Assembly (NCBI GenBank): GCA_035287045.1
Contig: DATECF010000116.1
Span: 16,098 to 80,097, forward strand
Length of the DNA stretch: 64,000 nt
Direction of reading: 5' to 3'
Origin: Gemmatimonadales bacterium
GTDB taxonomy: Bacteria > Gemmatimonadota > Gemmatimonadetes > Gemmatimonadales > GWC2-71-9
In this document: in pieces, positions 18,712 through 27,972 of the stretch
Layout of the letters: the number at the start of each line of letters is the position of its first letter
How positions within the stretch are numbered: position 1 is the stretch's first letter
Notes under the pieces: model-generated
Databases searched by the model: none
Told to the model about the DNA's origin: nothing
What the model saw: the letters and a program-made list of their open reading frames with translations, nothing else
Made by a program: the position numbers and the translations under genes

Positions 18712-19634
18712 AGGAGACCGCTCGTGTCGCTGCCGGCATCGAGCTGGTAGACGTCCAGCACCTCGGGAATCCGCACGTGATCGCCGCGGCGGTGCTCGAC
18801 ACGGGCGGCGGTCTCGCCATCGTGGACCCCGGCCCGGAATCGACCCTGGCGATCCTGCTCGACGCGCTGGAGGCCAACGGCCGCTCGCTGAACGAGGTTC
18901 GCTACCTCCTCCTGACCCACATTCACCTGGACCACGCCGGGGCCACCGGGGCCATGGTGCGCCGGCACTCCCAGCTCGACGTGTACGTGCATGAGCGCGG
19001 CGCCACGCACCTGGCCGACCCAACCAAGCTCCTGGCCAGCGCGGAGCGTCTTTACGGGGCCGACATGCGGCGCCTCTGGGGAGAGTTTGTACCGGTACCG
19101 TCAGCCAACCTCCGGCCGCTCCGGGGCGGCGAGCGGCTGGTGCTCGGGCAGGTAGCGCTCGACGTCGCGTACACGCCGGGCCACGCGTCGCATCACGTGA
19201 GTTACTTGCATGTGCCCACCGGGACAGCGTTCGTGGGCGACTCGGCGGGCATCCGCATCAGCGGGCGCGACTACCTCTTTCCGCCGACGCCGCCTCCGGA
19301 CATTGACCTGGAGCTCTGGGGAGCGTCCCTCGACCGCCTCGCCCAATGGCGGCCCGAGCGGCTGTTCCTCACGCATTTCGGACCCGCGGCGACGGTGGAG
19401 CCGCACCTGGCCGAGATGCGGGAGCGGCTGGTCGAGTGGAGTGAGCGGGTCCGCGCGTCGCTGTCGGAACCCGGTGACGATGCGTCGCGCGCTGCGGCAT
19501 TTGTCCGCCGCGTGGGAGAAGACGTACGGCGCCACCTGCCGGCCGACGAAGCGCAGCGCTTCGAACAGGGAGCGGGCCTCACCTTCTGCTGGTACGGGCT
19601 GGCGCGTTACTGGAGGAAGCGTCTTCCGGCCTGA
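18708..19634 (+). CDS. MBL fold metallo-hydrolase
   Basis: THIHLDHAG, TPGHASHH, VGDSAG; ATGA overlap with upstream GNAT. Confidence 0.92.
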   Translation: MKETARVAAGIELVDVQHLGNPHVIAAAVLDTGGGLAIVDPGPESTLAILLDALEANGRSLNEVRYLLLTHIHLDHAGATGAMVRRHSQLDVYVHERGATHLADPTKLLASAERLYGADMRRLWGEFVPVPSANLRPLRGGERLVLGQVALDVAYTPGHASHHVSYLHVPTGTAFVGDSAGIRISGRDYLFPPTPPPDIDLELWGASLDRLAQWRPERLFLTHFGPAATVEPHLAEMRERLVEWSERVRASLSEPGDDASRAAAFVRRVGEDVRRHLPADEAQRFEQGAGLTFCWYGLARYWRKRLPA

Positions 19635-19635
19635 C

Positions 19636-20352
19636 CTACCAGCTGCCCTGCTCCCCCACCGCGTCAATGACGTGGCTCAGGCGCGCAGCGGCATTGCGCC
19701 AGTTGGTGAGCACCGCATGCTGCGCCCCATCCGGATCGCCGGCTTCGATCGCCTGAATGAGTTGGGCGTGCTCCTCCACCGAGTGGGCGATGTCGTCGGT
19801 GAGGGCGGCGGCGTAGACCCGCCCGTAGCGCTCCACCTGGGGCTTGATGGCCTCGTGCAGCGAGAGCAGACGGGACCCGGCCGCGGCCTCGACCATCCGC
19901 CGGTGGAGCGTTTGATCCAGGTCAAATACCTGATTCGCGTCCGTGCGTTTGCCCTGGGCCACGCGCCGCAGTTCCTCATTGAGCCGCCGGAGCTCGGTCC
20001 CGAGCTGGGTGCGCAGGGTGGGCTTGAGCGACGCGGCATAACGCGCCGCGAGGCCCTCAACCTCGGCGAGGATGTGGAGCAGCTCGGTGGCATCCTCGCG
20101 TGTCAGCGGGGCCACCATGGGGCGGCGACGCCGCCCGGTGTTGGTGACGACGATGTATCCCTCTTGCCCCAGCCGTTGGAGCGCGGCGCGGACCGGCGTC
20201 CGGCTCACCCCCAGCCGTTCGGCCGCGTCCGTCTCCGTGATGCGCGCCCCGGGCGCCAGCCGCCCCCGCACGATGAGGTCCCGCAGCTTGACGTAGACTT
20301 CGCTGGAACGATCTACGTCGTGTGCGCCCAGGGGCCGTCGGCGTGGAGTCAT
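19636..20352 (-). CDS. GntR family (FCD) transcriptional regulator
   Basis: LAPGARITETDAAERLGVSRTPVRAALQRL winged HTH followed by FCD-like domain. Confidence 0.93.
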   Translation of the reverse strand: MTPRRRPLGAHDVDRSSEVYVKLRDLIVRGRLAPGARITETDAAERLGVSRTPVRAALQRLGQEGYIVVTNTGRRRRPMVAPLTREDATELLHILAEVEGLAARYAASLKPTLRTQLGTELRRLNEELRRVAQGKRTDANQVFDLDQTLHRRMVEAAAGSRLLSLHEAIKPQVERYGRVYAAALTDDIAHSVEEHAQLIQAIEAGDPDGAQHAVLTNWRNAAARLSHVIDAVGEQGSW

Positions 20353-20476
20353 GTTCTACTCATACGTCATGCAAGGGCGATCCGTTGGATTCGGCACGAC
20401 CTTGAACCTCCTCCACCATTCGGGTTAATGTAGGGACCCCGAGCGCCACCGCCACCCGTGACCGCCTGAAGGTGCC

Positions 20477-21307
20477 ATGACCCCGCCCGGCCGCCGGACG
20501 GACGCCATCCTGATCCGGCCCCTGTCATCTGCGGAGGAGCTCGCCCAGGGCGTCGCGATCCAGCGCCTGACGTGGGGCGACGAGTTCACCGAGGTCGTTC
20601 CAGCCACCATTCTCCAGATTTGTCAGAAGGTCGGCGGTGTCGCCGCCGGCACGTTCGATCAGGACGGCCACCTGTTGGGGTTGGTCTTCGGCCTCACCGG
20701 CGTCCATCACGGCCGCCTGGTACATTGGTCCCACATGCTGGCGGTGCGGCCGGAAGCGCGCGGTCTGGGCCTGGGCAAGCGACTGAAGCTCTACCAGCGG
20801 GACGTGCTGCTCCCCATCGAGGTCGTGGACGTGCGGTGGACGTTCGACCCCCTGGTGGCGCACAACGCCAACCTCAACCTCAACGCCCTCGGGGCCGAGA
20901 TCGAGCGATACGTGCCGGACATGTACGGCGGCAATACCGGGAGCGACCTGCATAGCGGCCTCGGCACGGATCGCCTGGTCGCCGTGTGGCACATCGCGGA
21001 TGATCGGGTGGCCCGCCTGCTCGCCGGGCACGCCCCGCCTCCCGCACCCGCGTGGGTGGAGGCCCCCGTCGCCAACCCGGGCGCGGCCGCCCGAGCCCCC
21101 CTGCCGGATGACTCGCCCGTCCGGATCGAAGTCCCCGCGGATATCCAGGCCGTGAAGGCGCAATCGCTCGAGACGGCGCGCGCGTGGCGGGCCACCACGC
21201 GCCGGGCCTTCGTGTGGTATCTGGACGCCGGTTACCGCGTCGCCGGGTTCATCCACGGCGGCGCACGGGGTCCGTGCACCTACGTCCTGGCGCGATCCAC
21301 CGCATGA
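20477..21307 (+). CDS. GNAT family N-acyltransferase, probable D-amino-acid N-succinyltransferase
   Basis: HWSHMLAVRPE, WTFDPLVAHNANLNLNALGA, TDRL; ATGA-coupled to the racemase gene. Confidence 0.85.
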   Translation: MTPPGRRTDAILIRPLSSAEELAQGVAIQRLTWGDEFTEVVPATILQICQKVGGVAAGTFDQDGHLLGLVFGLTGVHHGRLVHWSHMLAVRPEARGLGLGKRLKLYQRDVLLPIEVVDVRWTFDPLVAHNANLNLNALGAEIERYVPDMYGGNTGSDLHSGLGTDRLVAVWHIADDRVARLLAGHAPPPAPAWVEAPVANPGAAARAPLPDDSPVRIEVPADIQAVKAQSLETARAWRATTRRAFVWYLDAGYRVAGFIHGGARGPCTYVLARSTA

Positions 21308-22431
21308 GCCTAACCCTCCGGCAGATCGCGCTGCGGGAAATCACGCTCCACCTCAAGGAACCGTTCCGGATTTCGTCCGGCGTGGCGTCGCACCGCCGCA
21401 TCCTCCTGGTGGAGTTGACGGACGCCGACGGCACACACGTCTGGGCGGAATGCGTGGCCGGCGAAGCGCCCAACTACTCGCCGGAGACGGTGGATACGGC
21501 ATGGCTCGCCATCCGGGAGTGGGTGGCGCCGCGCGTCCTGGGGCGCACCTTCGAGAACGCCCAGAACGTCTTCCCCGCCCTGGAGCAGGATTTCCGCGGC
21601 CACCGCATGGCGAAGGCGGCGGTGGAAATGGGCATGTGGGCGCTGGCAGCCACTCGCGCGGAGCAGAGTCTCTCACGGTTTCTGGGCGGTACGCGCCAGG
21701 AAATCGCCACCGGCATCTCCCTCGGCATTCAGGAATCGCCCGCGAAGCTGGTGGAGAAGGCGCGCGCGGCGCAGGCGCAGGGGTACCGCAAGATCAAGCT
21801 CAAGATCCAGCCCGGCTCGGACGTCGCGTTCGTGGCGGCGGTGCGGGAGGCCCTGGGGCCGGACGCCCCCCTGATGGCCGACGCCAACAACGCCTATACC
21901 TTGGCCGAGGGTGATGCGCTCGAGGAGCTCGACCGGTTCGGGTTGGTCATGATCGAGCAGCCGCTCGCCTGGGATGACGTGGTGCAACACGCGCAGCTCC
22001 AGCAGCGCCTCAAGACGCCGATCTGCCTGGACGAGTCCATCACCGGACCTGACAAGGCGGAAGACATGGTGGCGCTGGGAAGCGGGCGGATCATCAACAT
22101 CAAGCCGGGACGGGTGGGCGGCTTTGCGGCCTCCAGGGCCATCCACGATTTCTGCGCACGGCATGACGTCCCCGTGTGGTGCGGCGGGATGTTGGAGTCG
22201 GGCGTGGGGCGGGCGTACAACGTGGCACTCGCCTCCCTGCCCAACTTCCTCCTCCCAGGAGATCTGAGTCCCAGCGCGCGCTACTGGGAGCGGGACATCG
22301 TCACGCCCGAGTGGACCATGAACGGCCATGGCATGGTGCGGGTCCCGCGCGACGCGCCGGGGCTCGGCATCACCGTGGATCGGGACCGGGTGGAGAACCT
22401 CACGGTGAGGCGGGAGGTAATCACGGCATGA
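21304..22431 (+). CDS. menC: N-succinylamino acid racemase / o-succinylbenzoate synthase (enolase superfamily)
   Basis: KIKLKI, ADANNAY, IEQP, LDES, NIKPGRVGG, WCGGMLES, GDLSPS; no other men genes in the window. Confidence 0.9.
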   Translation: MSLTLRQIALREITLHLKEPFRISSGVASHRRILLVELTDADGTHVWAECVAGEAPNYSPETVDTAWLAIREWVAPRVLGRTFENAQNVFPALEQDFRGHRMAKAAVEMGMWALAATRAEQSLSRFLGGTRQEIATGISLGIQESPAKLVEKARAAQAQGYRKIKLKIQPGSDVAFVAAVREALGPDAPLMADANNAYTLAEGDALEELDRFGLVMIEQPLAWDDVVQHAQLQQRLKTPICLDESITGPDKAEDMVALGSGRIINIKPGRVGGFAASRAIHDFCARHDVPVWCGGMLESGVGRAYNVALASLPNFLLPGDLSPSARYWERDIVTPEWTMNGHGMVRVPRDAPGLGITVDRDRVENLTVRREVITA

Positions 22432-22451
22432 CGACGCCACGGCGTAGGGGC

Positions 22452-22483
22452 TCGACGGCACGACGGCATGACGGCATGACGGC
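22452..22483. repeat. Four 8-bp (A/T)(C/T)GACGGC units at racemase-amidohydrolase junction
   Basis: TCGACGGC ACGACGGC ATGACGGC ATGACGGC; last unit supplies the ATG at 22476. Confidence 0.75.
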
Positions 22484-23684
22484 AGCGCTCCATCGCCGGC
22501 TGGTCGAGCTGCGGCACGATCTTCACCGGCATCCCGAGGTGGCGTTCGAAGAGCGCGAAACCGCCAAGCGCCTGGAAGCCGAGCTGGCTCGGCTCAAGCC
22601 GGTGGAGCTCAAGCGCGTGGCCGGTACCGGGGTGATCGCGCGCATCAAGGGCAAGCGGCGCGGGGCGCCTGCGGTCGCCATCCGCGGGGACATTGATGCG
22701 CTGCCTATCCAGGAAGCCACCGGGCTGCCGTTCACGTCCGAGGTGCCCGGCGTCATGCACGCCTGCGGGCATGATGTGCACGCCACGTGGGCCGTGGGCG
22801 CCGCGGCGCTGTTGGCGCGGCAGCCCGCCACCGGCGACGTCGTGATCCTGCTGCAGCCCGCCGAGGAGACCGGCAAAGGAGCGCTCGCCCTTCTGGAAGC
22901 GGGTGCCATCGAAGGGATCGCGGCCATCTTCGGCGCCCACGTGGACCGGCGGTTCCCGGTTGGCCAGGTGGTGGCGGACGAAGGTTCGTTGGCGGCGGCC
23001 GCGGATACGTTCAGGATCGAGCTGATAGGAAGCGGAGCGCACGCCGCCCGGCCACACGAAGCACGGGACCCCATTGTGGGCGCCGCCGCCGTGATCCAGG
23101 CACTTCAAATGATCGTGGCGCGGCGCCTCAATCCAGCCACGCCGGCGGTGGTCAGCGTCACCACCGTCCACGCCGGGTCGGCGGACAACGTCATTCCCGG
23201 GCAGGCGACGCTGACCGGGACCATTCGCACCCTCGATGCGGGAACGCGGGAACTGGTCCATGCCGAGGTGAAGCGGATCGTGGACCAGACGGCCCGGGCC
23301 CAGGCGCTGGACGTCAGGCTGACCCTCGACCTTGGGCCCCCGCCCATCGTCAACCCGGCGCAGCCGGTCGCGTGGGCCCGCCAGGCCGTGACCCGGGTGC
23401 TCGGCGAAGCCGCGCTGGTCCCGCTCGGCTTCACCAACATGGCCGGGGAAGATTTCGCCTGGTATCTGGAACACGTCCCCGGGTGTTTCCTGCGGATCGG
23501 TGCCCGGGAAGACGGCGGAGACCCGATTCCCGCCCATTCGCCTCGCTTCTACGCGGCGGACGAGGCGATCTCTGCCGGGGCGGCGGTGCTGGCGGAGGTG
23601 GCCCGGGTGGCCTCGGCCGCGCTGGCGGGACCTCGAGCCTCGGGACGGCACCGCCGGGCGGTTGGCCGGAAACCGGCACGGTAG
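22476..23684 (+). CDS. M20 family amidohydrolase, probable N-succinyl-L-amino acid desuccinylase
   Basis: [32 protein letters not shown]; alternative ATGA-coupled start at 22428. Confidence 0.9.
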   Translation: MTAALHRRLVELRHDLHRHPEVAFEERETAKRLEAELARLKPVELKRVAGTGVIARIKGKRRGAPAVAIRGDIDALPIQEATGLPFTSEVPGVMHACGHDVHATWAVGAAALLARQPATGDVVILLQPAEETGKGALALLEAGAIEGIAAIFGAHVDRRFPVGQVVADEGSLAAAADTFRIELIGSGAHAARPHEARDPIVGAAAVIQALQMIVARRLNPATPAVVSVTTVHAGSADNVIPGQATLTGTIRTLDAGTRELVHAEVKRIVDQTARAQALDVRLTLDLGPPPIVNPAQPVAWARQAVTRVLGEAALVPLGFTNMAGEDFAWYLEHVPGCFLRIGAREDGGDPIPAHSPRFYAADEAISAGAAVLAEVARVASAALAGPRASGRHRRAVGRKPAR

Positions 23685-23695
23685 GGGGAGGGTCA

Positions 23696-25138
23696 ATGCT
23701 CCAGCGAGTGGACGTGGGCCGGATCAGCCTCGACACCTACGAGTCGGCCGCCGGTGGCGAGGTGGTCGAGCAGCTCAAGGAGTTGGCCAAGCCGCTGCGC
23801 GGGGTGCGCCTTCTCCATGTGAACGCCACGCCCTACGGCGGGGGGGTGGCGGAGATCCTGCGGGCCGAGGTCCCGCTGCTCCGGGATCTGGGGATCGAGG
23901 CGGATTGGCGGATCATCACCGGCGGCGAAGCGTTCTTCCGGACCACCAAGGCCATCCACAACGGGCTTCAGGGAGCGCCGCAAGACCTGACCGACCGCGA
24001 TCGCGACGTATTCGTCGAGAATGCCAGGCGCAACGCCGAGCTCCTGGAGGCCGAGAGCGATATTCTCTTTATCCACGACCCGCAGCCCGCCGGCATCCTC
24101 CAGTACCACGGCAAGGGAACGGCGAAGTGGATCTGGCGGTGCCACATCGATACGTCGCAGCCAAACCCGAACGTCTGGAGTTTCCTGCGGCCGTTCCTGA
24201 CCGCCTACGATGCCGCCGTCTTCACGCTGGGCGGATTCGTTCCGCCCGATCTGCCGATCGAGCGGGTCGAAATCATCCCGCCCGCCATTGACCCGCAGAG
24301 CCCCAAGAATCTGGAGCTCACCAACGGCCTGGCGAACGCCGTGCTCCAGTGGATCGGCGTACGCACCGAACGGCCGCTGATCGCTCAGGTGAGCCGCTTC
24401 GATCCATGGAAGGACCCCATGGGGGTCATCCACGCGTACCGGATAGCGAAGGCCGAGATCCCCGAGCTCCAGCTCGCGCTGGTGGGCTCCATGGCGCTGG
24501 ACGACCCCGAGGGATGGGACATCTACAACCAGATTCGCGATGAAGGCGCCCGCGACCACGACCTCTTCATCTTCACCAACCTGACGGGCGTGGGAAACAT
24601 CGAAGTGAACGCCTTCCAACGGATGTCCGACGTGGTCATCCAGCTTTCGACCCGGGAAGGCTTCGGCCTGGTGGTGTCCGAGACCCTGTGGAAGAACACC
24701 CCCGTGATCGCGCGCGCCGTGGGCGGCATCCCGTTGCAAATGGAGGGAGGAGTCGGCGGCGCGCTGGTGAAGACGGTGGAGGAGTGCGCCGAGTACATCG
24801 TCCGGTTTGTCCGGGACAAGAAGACGGCGCAAGAGCTGGCGGCCAGGGGCCGCGAGCTGGTGCGCGATCGCTTCCTGCTCACGCGCATGATCGCCGACGA
24901 GCTCCGCCTGTACCAATCGGTGCTGGGGATGCGGCGGCCGCGTCCAACACCGGCCGCGATGGCGGGATTGGTGGACGAGGCCCGCTGTCCGGTGTGCGGC
25001 CGGGCGGTGGACGCGGACACGGCGCCCACGCTGACTCGGGACGGGCGGCGCTATCTGTTTGACGGCCCGGAGTGTCAGGAGCGGTTTCGCGAAGACCCGG
25101 AGCGCTTCGCGCGCGGTCACCCCGGCGCGCCTGCGTGA
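23696..25138 (+). CDS. treT: Trehalose synthase TreT-like GT4 glycosyltransferase with C-terminal YHS/TRASH domain
   Basis: [35 protein letters not shown]; C-terminal CPVCG-x-YLF-x-EC-x-F. Confidence 0.85.
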   Translation: MLQRVDVGRISLDTYESAAGGEVVEQLKELAKPLRGVRLLHVNATPYGGGVAEILRAEVPLLRDLGIEADWRIITGGEAFFRTTKAIHNGLQGAPQDLTDRDRDVFVENARRNAELLEAESDILFIHDPQPAGILQYHGKGTAKWIWRCHIDTSQPNPNVWSFLRPFLTAYDAAVFTLGGFVPPDLPIERVEIIPPAIDPQSPKNLELTNGLANAVLQWIGVRTERPLIAQVSRFDPWKDPMGVIHAYRIAKAEIPELQLALVGSMALDDPEGWDIYNQIRDEGARDHDLFIFTNLTGVGNIEVNAFQRMSDVVIQLSTREGFGLVVSETLWKNTPVIARAVGGIPLQMEGGVGGALVKTVEECAEYIVRFVRDKKTAQELAARGRELVRDRFLLTRMIADELRLYQSVLGMRRPRPTPAAMAGLVDEARCPVCGRAVDADTAPTLTRDGRRYLFDGPECQERFREDPERFARGHPGAPA

Positions 25139-25144
25139 CCGGCG

Positions 25145-26146
25145 GTGCCTGAGCTTCGCCGGGACCCAACCACCGGGACGTGGACCATCCTCGCGGTGGA
25201 GCGCGCCGCCCGCCCCGGCGGCCGCCCGCAGAGCCCTCCGCCCCCGCCGGACGAGGACCACCTCGCCAGCTGCCCCTTCTGCCCGGGCAACGAAGATCAG
25301 ACGCCGCCCGAGATCTTTCGGCTACCGCCTGGTGCGGCCCGCTGGTCGGTGCGGGTCGTACCCAACAAGTATCCAGCGCTGACCCCCGACGCCGACCAGC
25401 GCGTGACCCACCGGCAGGACTTGCTATGCAGCCTGCCCGGCCGAGGCCACCACGAGGTGATCATCGAAGGACCCCGGCACCGCCCCACCGCGGCCCCGCG
25501 GGAGGCCGAGACGCTCCGCGATGTCTTCCTGGCGGCCCGCGAACGCGGTCGGGCGTTCTCGACCGACCCGGCGCTCCGACACGTTGCGCTGTTCAAGAAC
25601 CATGGCCCGGCGGGTGGCGCATCGCTGGCGCACCCCCACTGGCAGCTGGTGGCGTTGCCCGTGATTCCTCCGGCCGTCGCCCGGGAGTTCCAGATCGCGG
25701 CCGAGTATCGCGAAGCCCATGGACGGGCGATGCTGGAGGATCTGGTGAGCCTGGAGCTCGAGAGTGAAACCCGCGTCGTCGAGATCACCGACGAGTTCGC
25801 CGTCCTGGCAGCGTACGCCCCACAGTGGACCGGCGAGACCTGGATTGTGCCGCGTGCCCCGGTGGCCGGCCTGCAACACCTGGACGACGCCGGCCTCGAT
25901 GCCCTTGCCGGGACGCTCTGGCGCACCCTGCGCCGCGTGGCGGGAGCACTGGACGAGCCGGCCCTGAACGTGGTCGTCCATTCCGCCCCGTTGGGTGTCG
26001 GGGCGGCGAGTGAGGCTTTCCGGTGGCATGTGCGCCTTCAGCCGCGACTCGGCACGCCAGCGGGATTCGAGCTGGGCTCGGGTGTCGCAGTCGTGACGCT
26101 GGCCCCCGAGGCCGCCGCCGAAGCCTTCAGGCGCCAGCCGCTGTGA
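25145..26146 (+). CDS. galT: Galactose-1-phosphate uridylyltransferase family protein
   Basis: ELRRDP, CPFCPGNE, VVPNKYP, HEVIIE, GASLAHPHWQ. Confidence 0.9.
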   Translation: MPELRRDPTTGTWTILAVERAARPGGRPQSPPPPPDEDHLASCPFCPGNEDQTPPEIFRLPPGAARWSVRVVPNKYPALTPDADQRVTHRQDLLCSLPGRGHHEVIIEGPRHRPTAAPREAETLRDVFLAARERGRAFSTDPALRHVALFKNHGPAGGASLAHPHWQLVALPVIPPAVAREFQIAAEYREAHGRAMLEDLVSLELESETRVVEITDEFAVLAAYAPQWTGETWIVPRAPVAGLQHLDDAGLDALAGTLWRTLRRVAGALDEPALNVVVHSAPLGVGAASEAFRWHVRLQPRLGTPAGFELGSGVAVVTLAPEAAAEAFRRQPL

Positions 26147-26178
26147 CGTACCCGCTGGCCGGTTGCTCGCTGCTCGCC

Positions 26179-26670
26179 TTACCGGGTCGCGACCAGACGT
26201 TGCCGGGTATACGGGATGAGTCCGCCGGCGTTGATGATTTCCTGACGCGACGGCGGGAGCGACACCACCGGATCCCGCTTCCCCGTCCTCAGATTCACGA
26301 CCTCCGCCGCATCCACCTCGAGGTTGTCGCCCACCGATGCGTCCAGGGTGGGGCACGTGACGACGCGCAGCCCCAGGTTGATCGCATTCTGGAGAAAGAT
26401 CCGCGCGAAGCCCCGGGCCATGATCGTCAGGTCATACCCCTTGAGGCAGGAGACCGCCTGTTCGCGGGACGACCCACACCCAAAATTCCTTCCGGCGACG
26501 ACGATGCTGCCCGGCGGAATCTCCTGAGCCTTGAGCTGTCCATTGAAGGCGGCGTCATCGGCGAACGCGAATAGCGGGGTCTCGGTCGGAAGGACCGTCG
26601 CCATGTACCGTCCCGGGTAGATCACGTCGGTCGAGATGTCGTCACCCAGCGTATAGACCACCGTCGCCAT
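26179..26670 (-). CDS. 3-isopropylmalate dehydratase/homoaconitase family small subunit
   Basis: LGDDISTDVIYPGRY, AGRNFGCGSSREQA, FARIFLQNAINLGL, AGGLIPY. Confidence 0.92.
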   Translation of the reverse strand: MATVVYTLGDDISTDVIYPGRYMATVLPTETPLFAFADDAAFNGQLKAQEIPPGSIVVAGRNFGCGSSREQAVSCLKGYDLTIMARGFARIFLQNAINLGLRVVTCPTLDASVGDNLEVDAAEVVNLRTGKRDPVVSLPPSRQEIINAGGLIPYTRQRLVATR

Positions 26671-26671
26671 G

Positions 26672-27970
26672 TCAGTGCCCTCCCCGGCCAATTCGGGGAT
26701 CGGTGATCACCCCCGTCACCGCCGAGGCGGCCGCGACCGCCGGCGAGCAGAGATAGACCTCGGACCTGGGGTTGCCCATCCGCCCCTTGAAGTTCCGGTT
26801 GGTGGTGGAGAGGGCGACTTCACCGTCTCCCAGCGCGCCCTCATGCACCCCCAGGCACGGCCCGCAACCGGAGTTCATGACCACCGCCCCCGCTTGCATC
26901 AAGGTCCCGACGTAGCCGTGCTCGATCGCCTGCCGGTAGATCCTGGTGGACGCCGGGAAAACCAGCATCCGGGTGCCGGCCGCCACCTTCCGGCCCTCGA
27001 GAAACCGCGCGGCGACGGCCAGGTCGTCCAGCCGGCCATTGGTGCAGGAGCCGATCACGACCTGGTGCACCCGCCGCCCCGCCACCTCCGCGACCGGACG
27101 CACGTTGTCCACGGTGTGCGGGCAGGCGATCTGCGGCCCGAGGCCGGACACATCCACCTCGATCGTTCGCTCGTACGCCGCGTCCTCATCCGGCAGCACC
27201 GGCTGCACGGCCTCGGTAACGCCGGCCTCGCCCCGCAGATACCGCCCCGTCTCATCATCCGCCGGGACGATCCCGGACGTCGCTCCCGCCTCCACCGACA
27301 TATTGCACAACGTGAGCCGGCCCGACGTGGACATCCGGCGGACGGCGTCGCCGTGGAACTCCAGCACCCGGAAGTTGGCGCCTTCCGCTGTCAGCTCACC
27401 GATGAGTCTCAGGATCAGGTCCTTGGAGCCCACACCGTCTTGGAAGGTCCCCCGTACCACCACCTTGATGGTGTGCGGGACCTCTACGTTCAGCACGGTG
27501 CCCAACGCCCATACGCTGGCCATCTCCGTGGCGCCGATGCCGAACGCGAAGGCACCGAGAGCCCCGTGGCTGGTGGTGTGGGAATCGGTGCCGACGACGA
27601 CGGCGCCGGGCCGCACGTAGCCGTTCTCCGGGAGGACCTGATGACAGATCCCCCCCACGTCGCCGCGGATGTCGTGGAAGCGCGCGATCTGGTGCGCCGT
27701 CACGAACTCGCGGACCATCTTCTGGTTGCTCGCGGTCTTGGACGATTCCGCGGGGACCCGATGGTCGAAGACGATCACCACCCGGCCCGGATCCCAAATC
27801 CTCGGTGTGAGCCCGGTCCCGGCATATACGTCCAGGAACTGGTTGACGACCAGCGCCGCGTTTTCGTGCGACATCGCCAGGTCCACCCGCGGTTCCACCA
27901 CGTCACCCACCGCCACCGCCGGCAGACCCGACGCGCGGGCGAGGATCTTCTGCACCACCGTCATGCCCAT
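26672..27970 (-). CDS. 3-isopropylmalate dehydratase/homoaconitase family large subunit
   Basis: GTDSHT, GSCTNGR, GCGPCLG, STTNRNFKGRMG aconitase motifs. Confidence 0.93.
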   Translation of the reverse strand: MGMTVVQKILARASGLPAVAVGDVVEPRVDLAMSHENAALVVNQFLDVYAGTGLTPRIWDPGRVVIVFDHRVPAESSKTASNQKMVREFVTAHQIARFHDIRGDVGGICHQVLPENGYVRPGAVVVGTDSHTTSHGALGAFAFGIGATEMASVWALGTVLNVEVPHTIKVVVRGTFQDGVGSKDLILRLIGELTAEGANFRVLEFHGDAVRRMSTSGRLTLCNMSVEAGATSGIVPADDETGRYLRGEAGVTEAVQPVLPDEDAAYERTIEVDVSGLGPQIACPHTVDNVRPVAEVAGRRVHQVVIGSCTNGRLDDLAVAARFLEGRKVAAGTRMLVFPASTRIYRQAIEHGYVGTLMQAGAVVMNSGCGPCLGVHEGALGDGEVALSTTNRNFKGRMGNPRSEVYLCSPAVAAASAVTGVITDPRIGRGGH

Positions 27971-27972
27971 GA

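Noticed and set aside
21304-22431. Evidence for a menaquinone biosynthesis locus
   Set aside because: No menB/D/E/F/H nearby; GNAT and M20 neighbours fit the racemase role
22787-25138. 783-aa ORF as a long TreT fusion
   Set aside because: N-terminal part overlaps the M20 gene in another frame; TreT homology begins at ATG 23696 after a GGGGAGG RBS
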